A DNA stretch of 64,000 nucleotides from Lama glama (GCA_028534125.1 CM052816.1:65226001-65290000); one strand, 5' to 3'; shown: positions 36,491 to 50,789, numbered from the stretch's first letter. A program made the numbers and translations. Notes: generated by a model from the sequence alone, not told the origin.

Positions 36491-39118
36491 CAGCCATTTG
36501 TAAATTTATTATGAAGCTTTGCCATTTTTGAAACCAAAGTACAAAAAGTGCTTTGACTTTTCCAGAACTTTCATTGTAAAATCAGTAGTAAAAGTCAGTA
36601 GGGAGGGACCAAAGGGAAAACCTGAGTTTTCATTTTAGCGCATTCCTTTTACATAAAAGGGTAACAAAAAGGAGGGTGGTGGAGAGAAGAGTCTCTCGAG
36701 ATGTCCCTGGCAAAGTTTGTGAAGCTCTCAATAAAGGACAGGGCTTGACGGTAATTACTCCCTTTTGACTGTTCAAGCTGGTAGGCTTAAAATGGACTCC
36801 TAATGAGAGTGGTTTGCACTACAATTAATTAAGTGCATGAAATTACAAACTACATGTCTTTCCTCTCTGGAGAATAGTCTTCCTCTATAAGTACTAATTT
36901 ACTTAAATTTCTTTCTCTGTGTGTGTCTCTGCCTCTCTCTCTGTCTCTGTCTCTCTTTTTTACAGGAAGTTTTCCCTGAAGGAAAATGAACTCTGATTGT
37001 TGTTAGTCCACTGAGAAAGGCTTCCCTTTGAATATGGAAACATACCTTTATCTAATCCTTCCTTACATCTAGTGCTAAATTTATCAGAGTTGTTCCCGAT
37101 ACGTTTTTTTGAAAACAATTGTGAGGGAAAAGACTAGAAATGGTCGATTGAACTTTTTTTTTAGGTGTCCTTGTCCTTTAGAAGTCATTAACTTTTGTTA
37201 TAGTGTGTGTGTGTGCGCGCACGCGCGCACGTGCCCATGTATGTGTGTGTGCAGGATGTGTGTGATCTGTTTCAGAAGTTTTTCAGAGACAGATAATTTC
37301 CAAAACTTTATCATCAGTCTGCAGGGTCAGCTTCCAGCCCAGAGGACACAGGCATGTTACCTCAAATCTCACAAACCCTTGAGTTACCCCTTCCCCTCTT
37401 GGTTCCCTCTTTCTACCTTAAATGTAATATTTTAATCACAGTCACAGCTTTTTAACCTCAATTATAATTCTGTGCTTCAGAGTTTGTATTGTACTCCCAC
37501 TTTCCCTCCTGGAATAATATTTATTTTCAGGATGGCTGTTCCAGTCAAGTGGAAAAGATCTAATAAGGCCATTCTTCATGAGATGGGAATTGTTTGAATT
37601 AACTTAATGGCTTGTTTCAATGTTAATGGTGGAATTATGAAGAGAAATGGATGGATACTTGAATTTTCCAAATTCTTCAGAATATGAATTGCATATCCAG
37701 AACTGTTTCTTACAGCTGAGAGAAATCTGGTTACTTAACAAAAAATGCAACTGAAATAGTTTTGAAAGAGGTCTGGCATCAGCATTCTTCCTTTGAGAAT
37801 ACCCGAACATTCTCTGATATCTGCCTGAAGTTACACCCTCTTTCCCAGGAAGTCCCTGCTGACATCTACAATTATCTGGAACGTTCAGACATGAGCTGAA
37901 GTTATTCTGCCAAAGTAACCCTTGCCTGGTATGAAAGAGACTGGAAATGATGAGGGGTCCTAGGGCATCTGAGATCCTGAGAAAATTCTGGGTCAATTTT
38001 CTACAAAGATTCCCCTCCCCACACCTGGAGCCTAATTTACCAACTAGGAAATTGTATCTTTATTGCTAGATGGTCTTGGCCTTGTTGGCTTGAAAGAGTT
38101 AATGCAACTTTAACAAATACAAAAGATCTCTCCTAGGTATGTATTAAACATGGGGAAAATCTTCCTTAACAATGGTCTCCTAAAGTCAGATTTCATTGTT
38201 AAAAATTAGCACCATTAACTAAAACCTTTGCTCATTCAAAATAAGGTGTTGTCACATAACACCGAGATCTATTATTAAACTGTCACAGAATATTGCTTTA
38301 ACGATTTAAGACCTATTATTTTTAGGAAAATGACTTTGTCTTATACCCTATTAGAGTCTATTAATTGATGAGAAAAACAAAATCAGATGACATTTGCGAA
38401 AAATAAAATAATTATCAGTTGAAACATCTGTACCACTTCTCTTATTTAAAGGACATTTTTATCCTGGAAAATGACTACTTCGATTAGCGTCACATCACAA
38501 CAACAAAATAAAGTTGTCTTTGGATGGCTTCCCATTTGCATTCAAATTATCCCCACAGCAACATTTTGTAAGCAAAAGCAAACAAAAGATTGCTTGAGTG
38601 ACAGAGGTCTGTATACCTGAGAGAGAAATGTATCATCTACAAAATTTAAAAATACAGGTCTTAGTAAACACCTCTGGAAAGGAATTCTAAGGATCTGCAC
38701 TTATTTTCTTTCTAGAGTTTACTGTTCTAATAATGTTCTGGAAGAAGAAAATTCTAATATGGTTTCCTTGGAGGGGTCATGAGACAGTGATGCCATTTGA
38801 GGCCTATTGGGGATAAAAATCATGTGATGTCCTCAAGTAAAGAGACTTTCTTTTACTGTTCTTTGCCTCCTCTATTGGCTTTAGTAATCTTTCTAAAATA
38901 ATCTTAAGTCACAGACTGGTAGTGATCTGGAGATTGAGTAGGGAGGTCGGGGGATGAGTGAGATCCTCAAATTGTGAAGGATCAGAGTCTGAGAGGCAGT
39001 AGAGCTAAATCTGCACATCTTGGACAGGGGAGAGATGTACCAGTTTTTTAGGGGGATGGGGCAGGCATCATGTACTTTTGCTTAGAAGATGAGTTAAGAT
39101 CCAGAAAAACAACTAAGA

Positions 39119-39300
39119 CCAGGATTGGCACACTAGGGCCTGTAGGCCAAATCCTGCCTGCCACCTGTTCTGTAAACAAAGTTTTCCTGGAGCACAAGCT
39201 ACTGTTGCAGATTAGAGCAGCTGAGGTGGGGACCACTTGGCCGGATGAGCCCAAAATATTTACACTCCGACCCTTTAAAGAGAATGTTTGCTGACTGCTG
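39119..39300. mobile_element. MER58A-like hAT MITE
   Basis: caggattggcacactagggcctgtaggccaaatcc...gcccaaaatatttacactccgaccctttaaagagaatgtttgctgactgctg. Confidence 0.8.
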
Positions 39301-39351
39301 ACTGTAAGCAGTTACTGAGTGGACATTTTCTTAAGAGATTTAGGCTTTTCA

Positions 39352-39749
39352 AGAATTAAGAAGTTGTGGCATATATGTATACAATGGAACTACCCAGCCA
39401 TAAAAAAAAAAGGAAAAAATAAAACCATTTGCAGCAACATGGATGGACCTGGAGATTGTCTTTCTAAGGAAGTAAGTTAGAAAAAGGAAAAATACCATAT
39501 GATACCACTTATATGTTGAATCTAAAATAAAAGGATACAAATGGACTTATTTACCAAAACAGAGACAGACTAACAGACGTAGAAAACAAACTCATGGTTA
39601 CCAAGGGGAAAAGGGGAGAAGAGGGATAAATAGGGATATGCAGATATAACTACTGTATATAAAATAAACAATAAAGTCCTACTATATAGCACAGGGAACT
39701 GTATTCAATACCTTGTAATAGCCTATAAGGACAAAGAATATGAAAAGGA

Positions 39750-39781
<32 letters not shown>

Positions 39782-39872
39782 TAATTGAATCACTGTGCTG
39801 TATGTCAGAAATTAACACAACCTTGTAAACTGACTATACTTCAATTTTTTAAAAAGTTCCTAAAAAAAGAAA
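39352..39872 (+). mobile_element. Cetartiodactyl-type L1 3' end, sense to the host gene
   Basis: aagttgtggcatatatgtatacaatggaactac...ccatttgcagcaacatggatggacctggag...tatagcacagggaactgtattcaata...gtaaactgactatacttcaa followed by an A-rich tail. Confidence 0.9.
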
Positions 39873-40403
39873 AGGATAAAGAGACCATAATCATCTTACC
39901 TCAGGGCCTTTGCATGTGCATATAACCAGCTGTTTCCCATAGCAGGAAGGGAGCCAAGGAGAAGTGATGCTGTTACTATGCTCACGCATGCATCCTTTCA
40001 TTCACCAGAGTGGTGGAGTACCATCTCTGGGACAGGAATGATGCCAGTCGCTCAAGAGCATAAAGAGGCATAGTTCTACTCTCATGAAAATGGACACAAA
40101 GTAAACAAACATCTCTGCTCTGATCCTACATTTTAGTGGGCGGGGGTTAGGGAAAGGGGTATAACATATCTAGAGAGGCTTGAATTTTAAATAAAGTGAC
40201 CAGGGGAGATCACACCAAGAATAAGACTTTGAATAAAGGTTTGGGGGACTTGAGGAAGCTAGCCATACTGACTGTCATGCTGCGAGAGTCTCTCTAGAGA
40301 AGATAGAAGGGTGATGGGGCATAACTGAGGGGCAACATGGAAACAAGGATTTTTCTTCTCTTAAATTGAAGACTTAACAGCATGTTTGTATGCTGATGAG
40401 AAT

Positions 40404-40766
40404 TGTCTTAGTCCATTCAGACTGCTTAACAAAATACCACACACTGAGTAGCTCATAAACAACAAAAATTTATTTCTTATGGTGCTGGAGGCTGCAAAGT
40501 CCAAGGTCAAGGCACCGGCCTGGTTGTCTTCCAGTGAGGGCCCTCTTCCTGGTTCATAGCCAGTGCCTTCGCATTGCGTCTCACAAGGTAGAAGGGGCTA
40601 GGGAGTTCTTTGGGGTCTCTTTTATAAGAGCACTAATCCCACTTATGACGGCTTCACTCTCGTGACCTAAGCGCCTCCCAAATGCCCTACTTTCTAATAC
40701 CATCCCTTTGGTGATTTGAATTTCAACATACAAATTTTGGGGAGACACAACATTCAGGCCATAACA
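40404..40766 (-). mobile_element. MLT1A-like MaLR solo LTR
   Basis: tgtcttagtccattcagactgc...aaatttatttctta...ttcaacatacaaattttggggagacacaacattcaggccataaca. Confidence 0.9.
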
Positions 40767-41009
40767 GGGATGACAGAGTAGAGGGAAAAACTGATGATGT
40801 GGAAAATTGTGGGACCATGTCTTTTGAGTAGCTAAGAAGGGATGGATCTATAGTACAAGAGAAGGACCAACTTTGGCGTCAGAGCAAAGACACTTTATCT
40901 ATAGTAATATAAGAGAAAGCAGGATATATAGCATTGATGCAGGTAAGTGGGTAGGTGTGGTGGTTGAAAATTGTAGAGGTTTTTCTCTTCAGTGCTTTAT
41001 TTTTTATTA

Positions 41010-41470
41010 GCATGTGCAAAAGCCCTGAGGCAAAACAGCACAGTATAATCAAAGAATTGAAATAGGGGAGTATAATTGAACTAAAAACTAAGCAGTCACA
41101 TGGAGAAAGAGATGCTGAAGAGGTAGGTAGGATGCAGAGGTAAGCCAGACTAAGGATATAGCAATGGGAGACCGTGAAGAATGGGGTGAAATCAGATTTA
41201 CCTTTTTAAAAGATCACTAGAAACTAGATGGGACATTGGAATAAGAGGACCCATGGTCAGACTAGTCAGAAAGCTACTGCCATAATTCAGTGGGGAACAA
41301 TGGCACAGTCTAGAGTAGAGGTGGTGAGTAGAAGAAAAATGATCAGATTTTGAGAAATATTTACAGGCAGAGTAGATAGACTTATCTCACCTATATTTGG
41401 AGTGTAGAAAAGATTGCCTACAAAGAGCAAAGGGTGAATAGAGAAGAGAGCCTAGGAATGGACACAGATC
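41010..41470 (-). mobile_element. L2 LINE remnant
   Basis: agcatgtgcaaaagccctgaggc...atcagatttacctttttaaaagatcact...gatcagattttgagaaatattt. Confidence 0.6.
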
Positions 41471-43069
41471 CTCTGGAGAGAGGGCTGATCCTGCTTTAAG
41501 ACACTGAGCGAGGAAGCTGATGTTGTTGAAGAGGAGAGACTCCACAACTGGCCAGGAGTGAAGAGGTAGATCTACAAAATTAGATGGTGTGGAAGGATGG
41601 AACTTTCTCTGTTTGATTGGGCCCAAATGCTAGGTGCTTCTTATTTTTAAAAAATCATGACTTTGTATGGACTAATTTGACTTTTAAGAAAAATGCTTGA
41701 ACTTTTCTTTTTCACAGTGAGACCAAAGTCAAGCTCAAAGTCTTACGGAGGAAAGGAGTCAGAACGTAACAGGCAGACTGTTGATTGATATACTGTCATG
41801 TTCTAGGCCCATCATGTAGACCTTTCTTTCCTCTTTCAAAGGTTTTCTCATACAAACAACTGCACTTTAATTTCTGCATCTCTATGTAGGTGTAACACAG
41901 ACTCTGTGAATAAACCTTCTATATACATACATCTTGCAGGGGCAAGTAGCCTGCAATATGCCTCCATCCTGCATGTGCTAGGTATTTCTGCTCACATGAA
42001 ATTAAAGCCATGCAGACCCTGTCAGAGGGATTGCTAGTAGACAGAGTTATGAAGTGAGTATGGCAATCAAAGTATCAGAACTTGTCTCAGGAGTCCAGTC
42101 CTGTTAGTCAGACTAAGAGATTTGAGATCTTAGAGATGTTTTCAAGCTCAAAAACCAATGCAGGGAACAAGTCACCTCTCCCTGAATAAGATTATGTTTC
42201 TCACCTGAGCAGTAGGAAGAAGACATTGTGTTTTTAATAAAATCCCACATTAAATAAGAGGAAAAGTCCGTCTAACTATGAAATATAGGAGAGGAGGATT
42301 AGAATGAAAAGCCAAATAGAAAAATGTAAGGAACCTGATTTGACAATAGAGATTGCTATATAAGGAGGGGACTTATCTTTCTGATTCTAAAGTTAAATTA
42401 GGGTAAGGAATCTGTACTTTGGAAACCAGCCTGTTTCTATGTTTTGTTATTTTCCCGCTTTTGGTATGGCTTGAGGCCACTGTGTTCTAGTAAAAACTCC
42501 CTTAACTAGACTGGTAGGAGAGAGAACAAATCAGAGGTGTGAGCGGTATGGGTAGGGGTGAGTCCATCGGGGTGTGAGTGGACAGGTGTGAGGGGACGGG
42601 ATTCTTCAGTCTTATTTCAAGCCTTGAAAACAGTCTTGGTTAAAATCTTTAAGTCTGTGAAGTGAAACTTTCGGGGATTTAGAATGTTACTGAAAAAAAG
42701 GAAATTAAATCTGGTCCCCACCCATCTGAGATTTTTGGCCAAGAAGGAGAATAAGAGCGTAATCTTTGGGTCTGGAGTGGAATATAGAAAGAGCTTCGAT
42801 TGCCCATATGCTAATCAAAAAGGAGACAGTAGAGAGGAAATGTTGTATACCTTTTGAGCCAAGTCTCTCTCTGCTATTCTTGAATGCTTTTTCCCTCTTA
42901 CGAAAAGTAACTTCAATTCTGCCTCTTTCTGTAAGACCCTGGCTTCTTTGGGTCACCAGAGGCTGGTTATGTGCGGGTTCCCCTCTCCTCTTCCTCCCAG
43001 TCTTCTAGTCTCTTCTACAGAGTAGATGCAGGTTTGAGGGGAGAGGGCAGCTGAAACCTGGGCCTGAAG

Positions 43070-44225
43070 TTACTTCAGCAATGGTATCTTCTTTAGGAGC
43101 CAAAATAAATTTTTTAATTTATTAAAATAAGTATCAAAAATAAATTGCTAGTACACTGTAAATAAGGTATGAAGTGAATATTTAAAAGGAGAAAAGAAAT
43201 CATGACAAATTACAGATTTGAGTTGGCCTATATCACAAATATACCAAAATACTAAAAGTCATATTGTATTATCAACTACCCAACATAATTCTATAATACC
43301 TTTTTTGTATACTTTTGGCTTCATATTATTTGATTGTCTCTTTAAATGACACTGATACTATAATATTTTCTATGGAAAGGTTAAAAGATAATTTAGAGTT
43401 TCCTCTAGGGTAGTTTTTTTTTAAGTTATTACTTGTTTAGAAAAGTTAGGTAATAAGTAATAGGCAAATTGTTAAAGTTGTCCATTTTGGTGAAATCTTT
43501 AATATGTGTTTTCACACCTGAGCTGTAAGATTTGGGGCATTTGGGTTTGTGTGTGTGTGATAACCAATCTTGTATACTCCTGACTTAACTGGTTTGTCAG
43601 TTTGTGATTGAGGTCCTCACTATAATGTCACAATCAGTTTAGATGAGTTTTAGATCAACTTTATCAGTGTCAGCATTTTATGTCAAATCTGGAAAAAATT
43701 TAGAATATTTTCAGTGTGTTAGTTTGGGTCACTCTTTTTCATTAATTCAATTGTTAAGCAGTCCAAGAGCCAATTCATCATTTTCATTTGAAATTTTATC
43801 TCTTCTTCTCAATAAATTACCACTTTTGAGATGATCTGAAAAAATTGTTACTATTTGCTATTCACTATCTGAATAATTTCTTTTGATTTAATCATTCAGT
43901 CTTATTGCATTTTCCCATATTCCAGTGACTGTGTTCAAAATTTTCTCTTATTTATCTCTTCCTTGGTTCTTTAACTACAAATTGAAGGGTTAATAAAAGT
44001 ATCCTTCATATATGTACAGATCAGGAGTCAGTCATTTCTCACCTGTCTTACTGAAACATTCAGAACATCTTTCCAAATTCATTTAAGACTGGAAGAATTT
44101 GTATTTTGCTTCCACAATTTTACAAGAGCATAGAACTGAGTAAACACATTGCCAGGGCCCCAGCCAGAGCCTTGGAAGGTGCTTGTGTAAGCAGAGAGGC
44201 CCGCCTCTTAAGCTTCATTACCTCT
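43070..44225. mobile_element. Zaphod/MER115-like hAT-Tip100 DNA transposon remnant
   Basis: AT-rich transposase-like debris, with a terminus gccagggcccc...cttggaaggtgcttgtgtaagcagagaggccc...ttaagcttcatta resembling Zaphod. Confidence 0.55.
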
Positions 44226-46149
44226 GCTCCTCCTCTGTTTCTCCAGCACCTTCCACAAACACACACACACGTACACGCCCATACTGTTTTTCATGTTTTT
44301 CACTCTGACTGTGTGGCTACTATATTGTTACTGAAAAATCTTACAAGACACCAATCTAAAATGATGTCTCTGCTGTGGTTGAGGTGCAGCCCAGGTCACA
44401 GAAAACTCAGGCCTTGGGCTGATGGGTTTTGGGAGCTGGAGTCTTTGTAGGAAAGGGTAAGGGGGCAAAGGCTTGTATCCAAGTGGTCAGGGACCACAGA
44501 ACTGTCCTGTGGACTGAAAGCTGTTGATTAATTTAATACAGTGGTTGCTTGGACCCACCCAGAACTCATTTTCTCCTGCCATAAGTCAGTGTCCTAGTGA
44601 TGTGACCTTCTGCTTTATTGTTCGGGGTTTCCTGCCATCTAAGACCTGGACCACTCACCAAGGTGTAGGACTCTTGCTTTTGTACCATTGTCTCATTCAA
44701 AGTTGAGTCAGTTGCCTTTCTATCTTTGTGGGATCCAGAAGTGCAAGAGGTCTTACAGGTGAGCTCTTACTTCTCTTTCCAGGAGAGTATCAGACAGCTT
44801 TGTTAGTGAGGAAGTGAAGCAAACCTCCTCTGGTTTAAACACAGGAGGGACTTAGGGAGAGAACAGAATATAAAGACATTCAATTACTCCTTTTAATAAG
44901 TAGGAGCAGTCCCACAGAGAGAACATGTTGATCTTATTCGGTGATACACCCTCACTGGAAAAGAGAGATCTGAATGAAGCGACCTTAGGGCAGGAAGGAG
45001 TGGCTCTGTATAATGGAGGACCTTCCCCTACGGGAGGGCACAAAGGATGGCTGCAATAGAACGAGGAACAGGATGAGAAATAGCCCAGCACCCACTTGCT
45101 ACAGACAGGCAGTTCATAGCTGGCTCCTGTCGTGATTAAAATGAGTGGGGCAGAATATGAAGCAGGCCAACCCCCTCAGAAAAATTGGGTGGAATTCTCA
45201 GGCTTGGCTGAAGAGTAGCTGAGTAATCCCTGGGTGTCCTGAAAGCTGGAAGCTTGAGCAGATTCAGGCCAATTTCTGTGATATCCCTGAGGGATTTCCT
45301 GCCTATTTTGAGCAGGGGAATGGACTTGGATGGGGCAGCCTGTTCCTCCAAGTTGGCAGGCACCCACTGAACAGAATAACTGATTTGCTACTCAGGCTGC
45401 ACACAGCAGTTGAATTGCCAAGCCAACATTGCCTGGGGGAAATACCCGCTAAAATTGAAATGATCACTAGCTAGAAGGATTGGACAGTTACCCATGTCAA
45501 CTATTATTAAACATGTTTTAATTTTTTTTAAATGTTATGTGCACATGATAAAAATTCAAACAAGTAGAAAATGTGCTAGAGTATCTCTCTTACCCTAGAT
45601 TCTCAGTTTTCCAGTCCTTCCCCTGAAGCAAAACTACCATAGAGTTTATGCATATACAAGCATATGTAACTAACATTCACTTATTAAATACTTATATGAA
45701 TGATTTTAGAGTAGGCATATAAAAGACAATTTGATTGTAATAATTTCAGTCACTCCAGTATATTTTTTATTCCTGTGTATTTGCTTTGTTTTAAACTTTA
45801 GTAAATATAAACTTTATGCCAGTGTAGGAGGAAAAAGATCTGTAAATATTTCTGTTGGAATCTTAGAAATCAATTTTTTAAACGTATTTACATAAGGCAT
45901 GTTCACTGTAGAAAATTTGGAAAATTTAGAAAGGTATAAAGAAGAAAATTTAAAATAATTCTACTGTACTACTCAGAAAAGTACTACTGATATTTTGTAT
46001 TCATTTACATATTGCATATATTTATATAATTTTATTTATATGCAATAATATCTTATGTAAATTAAATATTGTAATATAAATTAAATTTATAATTTTAAAA
46101 TTGAGATAACTTTTTTATATGTCACATTATTTTTCACTTAGTACTGTTT

Positions 46150-47645
46150 CAACTTTATTGAGATATAATTAGCAAATAAAATTGCAGTATATTTAGAGTG
46201 TGCAATGTGATGAGACATTGTCAAATGAGTCTCACAATCAAGTTAACTAACATTTTATTACCTCACTTAGTTACCCTTTTTTTGATGAGAATGCTTGTTT
46301 TATTTTCTTAGCAAATTGCAAGTATATAATACAGTATTATTAACTATAGTCACTGCACTATACAGCAAATCCTCAGAACTTATCCATTTTATAACTGAAA
46401 ATTTGTACCCTTTTGCTAACCTCTCCTCATTTTCCTCAGCCTCATTTTCACCATTCTACTTTCTATTTCTATGAATTCAGCTTTTTTTTCCTCAAGATTT
46501 CGCACATAAATGATACCATGCAATGTTTGCCTTTTTCTATCTGGCTTATTCACTTAGTATAATGCTTTTCAGGTTCATCAAATGAGAGGATTTCCTTTTT
46601 AAGGCTGAGTAATATTCCACTGTATATATACCACATTGTCTTCATCTGTTTGTCCATCAATGAACATTTAGGTTGTTTCCATAACTTGGCTATTGTTGAT
46701 AATGCTGCTATGAATATGGAAGCACAGATATCATTTTGGGATAAGGACTTCATTTCCTTTGGATATATACCCACAGGTGGGATTGCTGGATGATATAGCA
46801 GTTCTAGTTTTAATTTTTTGAGGAACCTCCATATGTTTTCTGTAGTGGCTGTACCAATTTATGTTCCCAACAAGGGTGGACAAAGGTTCCCTTATCTTTA
46901 CATCCTCACCAGCATTTCTCTCTTATCTTTTTAATAATAGACATCTTATTGGTAGGAGGTGATATCTCACACCTATTTTTGCGTTTGCATTTTGTGCATT
47001 TTTCTGATTAGTGATGTTGAGCACCTGTTGGCCACTTATATTATGTCTTCTTTGGAAAAAAAATCTGTTTCTATTCTTTACCCATTTTTAATTGTGTGAT
47101 ATATTTTTTTCCTATTGAATTGTATGAGTTCCTTGTATATTTTGGATATTAAACCTTTATCAGATATGTGGTTTGCAAATATTTCTCCCATTCCATATGT
47201 TGCCTTTTCATTTTGTTAATGGTTTCCTTTGCTGTGCAGAAACTTTTTAGTTGGTTGCAGTCCCACTTGTTTATCTTTACTTTTTTTGTTGCTATCAAAT
47301 CCAAAAGACCATTGCCAAGACCAATGTCAAGGAGATTTTCCCATATGTTTTCTTCCAAGAGTTTTATGGTTTCAATTCTTATGTTTAAATCTTTAATCTA
47401 TTTTGAGTTGACTTTTATGTATTGTGTAAGATAGGGATGCAATTTAATTCTTTTACATGTGTATATTCAGTTTTTCCAGAACCATTTTTTGAAGAGACTA
47501 TCTTTTCCTCACTGTGCATTTTTGGCACCATTGTCAAAAATTGATTAACCATATGTACATAGGTTTATTTCTGGGCTCTCTATTCTATTCCATTGATCTG
47601 TGTGTTTTTATGCCAATACTATACTGTTTTGGTTACTATAGCTAT
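46150..47645 (-). mobile_element. L1MA8/9-like 3' end plus ORF2 fragment
   Basis: Minus-strand ORFs ([61 protein letters not shown]) are frameshifted L1 ORF2. Confidence 0.92.
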
Positions 47646-49513
47646 ATTACAAAGCTATAGCAATTCACTTAGTATTTTTATTTAACATTCTTAACGTGTT
47701 TGGTATCATAAAAATTCTTCCAGATAATGATTAGTTTGCAGATTAACATTTTATTGCTTTAATTGCATTGTGTTTGTATCAGATTATTTCCATTTTTTTA
47801 CTATTATAAATACTTATGCACACAAAGTGTTTTGAACATTTCTGATTACCAACTTGGGAAAAATGTTCAAATTCTATGAATATTTTGTACATCTCTGATT
47901 TTTCCCTGGAAAAAGATTCTAAAAAATAAAAAAAGATTCTAAAAGAAGGCGTATTAAGCCGAAAAAAATCTTCTTATAGATTTAATACAACTGTACATTA
48001 TGAATTCCACATATCTGTTATGTCATTTCTGGTAGAAGATTTAAACACATATTTTTGTGCAGCCCTTCTATTCCAGGCATTGTCCTGTGTATCATTCACA
48101 TGCATGAACTTAATGCAAGTATTCACTAATCTTCACTATGGGAACCAAGAAGCAAAGAGCTTGGGGCACATATATGTCATTCTTCTGAATCTGTCTGAAA
48201 AGTGATTTCTTAGTACTGTGGTAAAATCTTGAAAAATAAGGAGGGTACCTTCAGGGCAGAGACATTTTATAGCTGGGTCTTTGGGAATAAGAATGAATTC
48301 TTACTCAATGTGCAAGTGCCACAGTCTGGACTGAAATATGTTTAGATCTGCCATTTCTATTAACAACAGCCTTTTCTGGACTTTTTGAGTCTTCCCTGCT
48401 TTTTTCCCACTACCTTTGGGTCTGAATCACCCATCTGAACACATTCCTTGATGCTGAATGGTGCTCAAATAACTGCCAAAATACTAGTTCAGTAATCCTG
48501 AACTAGGATGTTGGTTTCCTATGTTAAAATAATTTCAGGGATAGTCTCTTTTTAACAAATGCCCATTTCTTTTCAAGGATATGGCAGTAGTAATGCTCAC
48601 TGTATTGTTTCTTGTTTTCCCCCACCCACTTTGAATAAGGAACAGTAAAACCTTCCAAGAAATTGAGCATTTTGGAAGGTCCGCATTTAGAATGTCTGTT
48701 GAATGGATCTTCCTTTCACTGACTTGTCCCAGTTATTCTCTTACTCTAAAATATGAACTGTTTACATATGTAAAACAGATGAGAAGTTATTGCTACCCTT
48801 TTAGTTATCATTTATACAGATATATTATATAATATTATAAATGTTTACAATATTCCCAATAATTTATAGTCCTGTGAGCAATATAAATAATTTAATAAGC
48901 ACTGGGCCTGCTCAGTCATTGTAATATCTTGCCAAAAATAGATTGAGAACTGTGAACTTACGTTAGTAAAGACAAGTTTCCAAGATTATTGAAAATTATA
49001 TTTTGCAACATCAAGGGTTGCTCTTATGATCAAGTTAATATTCAGTTTTATTTACAGTTTTAACAAATGAATGCTAATGAGAGCTTTAGCTGGCTCCAAC
49101 AAAGTTATTACTGTTTTTCTTGTGAAAAATATGAATTAAACTTAAGGTGATAGTCTAAATGCTTTGTTCTTATGGTTTCAAAATTTAACAAAATACAAAT
49201 ATTTAATAAATAAATATTTTGCTACTTCATTAGCAAAATATAATTTACAGTTTCAGTTTTTCTCCTGTGCATAGCCAGGACATGATTGTAAATCTCTGGT
49301 TTTTTCCTGAAGTCTTAGAGACATTTCTATATAAATAACTAGAACAAATAGTGCCTGATAAATGTATGAGACTAGAGTTTATTTGGTGAAGATTTTAAAA
49401 GCAGTTTAATGAAGAAGATGGTAAAACATTAATGCCCACCCTCCCCACCTTCACTTCCTTCAAGGTGAAGATACAAATGATGATAGATGATCATGAGCTC
49501 CTTCCTAAGGGGG

Positions 49514-50025
49514 TGTATTAGTTAACTATTTCTACATTCCAAAATAGTTTTTAAAAAACTTAATGATTTATTAAAGCAACAATAATATTTTATTATCTCA
49601 TATTGTGTCTATAAGTCAAGAAATTGAACAAGGTGGAGTGGAGACAGCTGATCTCTGCTCTGCAATCTCTGAAGCCTCAGCTAAAGACTCTGAAGGTTGG
49701 GGATTGAGATCCTCTGACATCCCAGTCACATGTCCAGTGGTTGATGCAGGCTGCAGACAAGAGGCTTCAGTTCATCTCCTCGTATTCTCTCTTTCAAAAC
49801 TAGTCCGAACTTCCTCACATATCCTGGCTGGGATCCTAGAACCAGCATCCCCAGAGAGAAAGAGATAGCCTGTTAGAAGCAAAGTCCTTTTGTGACCCAG
49901 CCTTGGAAACTACAGAGCATCACTTAGATCAGATTTTATGGTTGGGTCAGCCACAAACTTTCTTGAGGATTCAAAGAGAGAGAACATGGACCCTACCTTG
50001 CTAGGAGATGAGTATTAGTCACAAC
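49514..50025 (-). mobile_element. Old MLT1-family LTR
   Basis: tgtattagtta...taaagcaacaataatattttattatctcat...cctttgtgacccagccttggaa...catcactt. Confidence 0.65.
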
Positions 50026-50789
50026 ATAAGATAATGTAAGAACAATACATTTATCTCTGTATAATACACTATGCTATGGGGATATGGGGTTGGTTAGCTA
50101 ATGCCAGCTTAGTTTTTTATTGATTGGGACATGAAAGTTTAGGACCAGAAGTGATGGTGTTATAAGAATTTTATAGACTATGGATTTAAAGGGGTAGGGA
50201 GAGAAGAAAAATGAGGAATTTGACATTCAGAGATGAACTTTGAAGGAAGAACAGAGATGTTTAAAGAGGATATTTATGAAACTTTCGTATGTGCTATGTG
50301 AGGTAAAATTGTTTTTTATATTTTTATAATGCTTAGAGAAAATGTTGTCTTAATGAGTTGTAGAATTGGATTTATTTTTGGAAAGATGCAATGAATTGCT
50401 GAACATGGCCTCAGTGTAGTTGTAGGGAAAAATTAGAGACCTGCTAAATCTAGATTACATTTGCTTGCAGAAAAATTTAGCCATAAATGTGTCTGTCATG
50501 GCCTGATCATTGGTGGTTCCCAAATGCCAGGACAAAGACTAGTGCTGGTTGATGGTGAAATTTTCATTGGCAGTCTCTAAAGTCAGAAATTAGATGACAT
50601 TATGAATCTTTTACAAAGCTAAATTTATTCAGTTGAAGGAAATGACCTTCATTCTAAGCTTATATCCTTCCAATATTTTTGATTTTTAAATGGTCTTTCT
50701 TTTATAAAATTATGATAGTAGATGATATTTATGTTTTAGATTTTTAACTGTCTGTGCTTGGAAAGATAAAAAGTTTTTGGCCATACACT

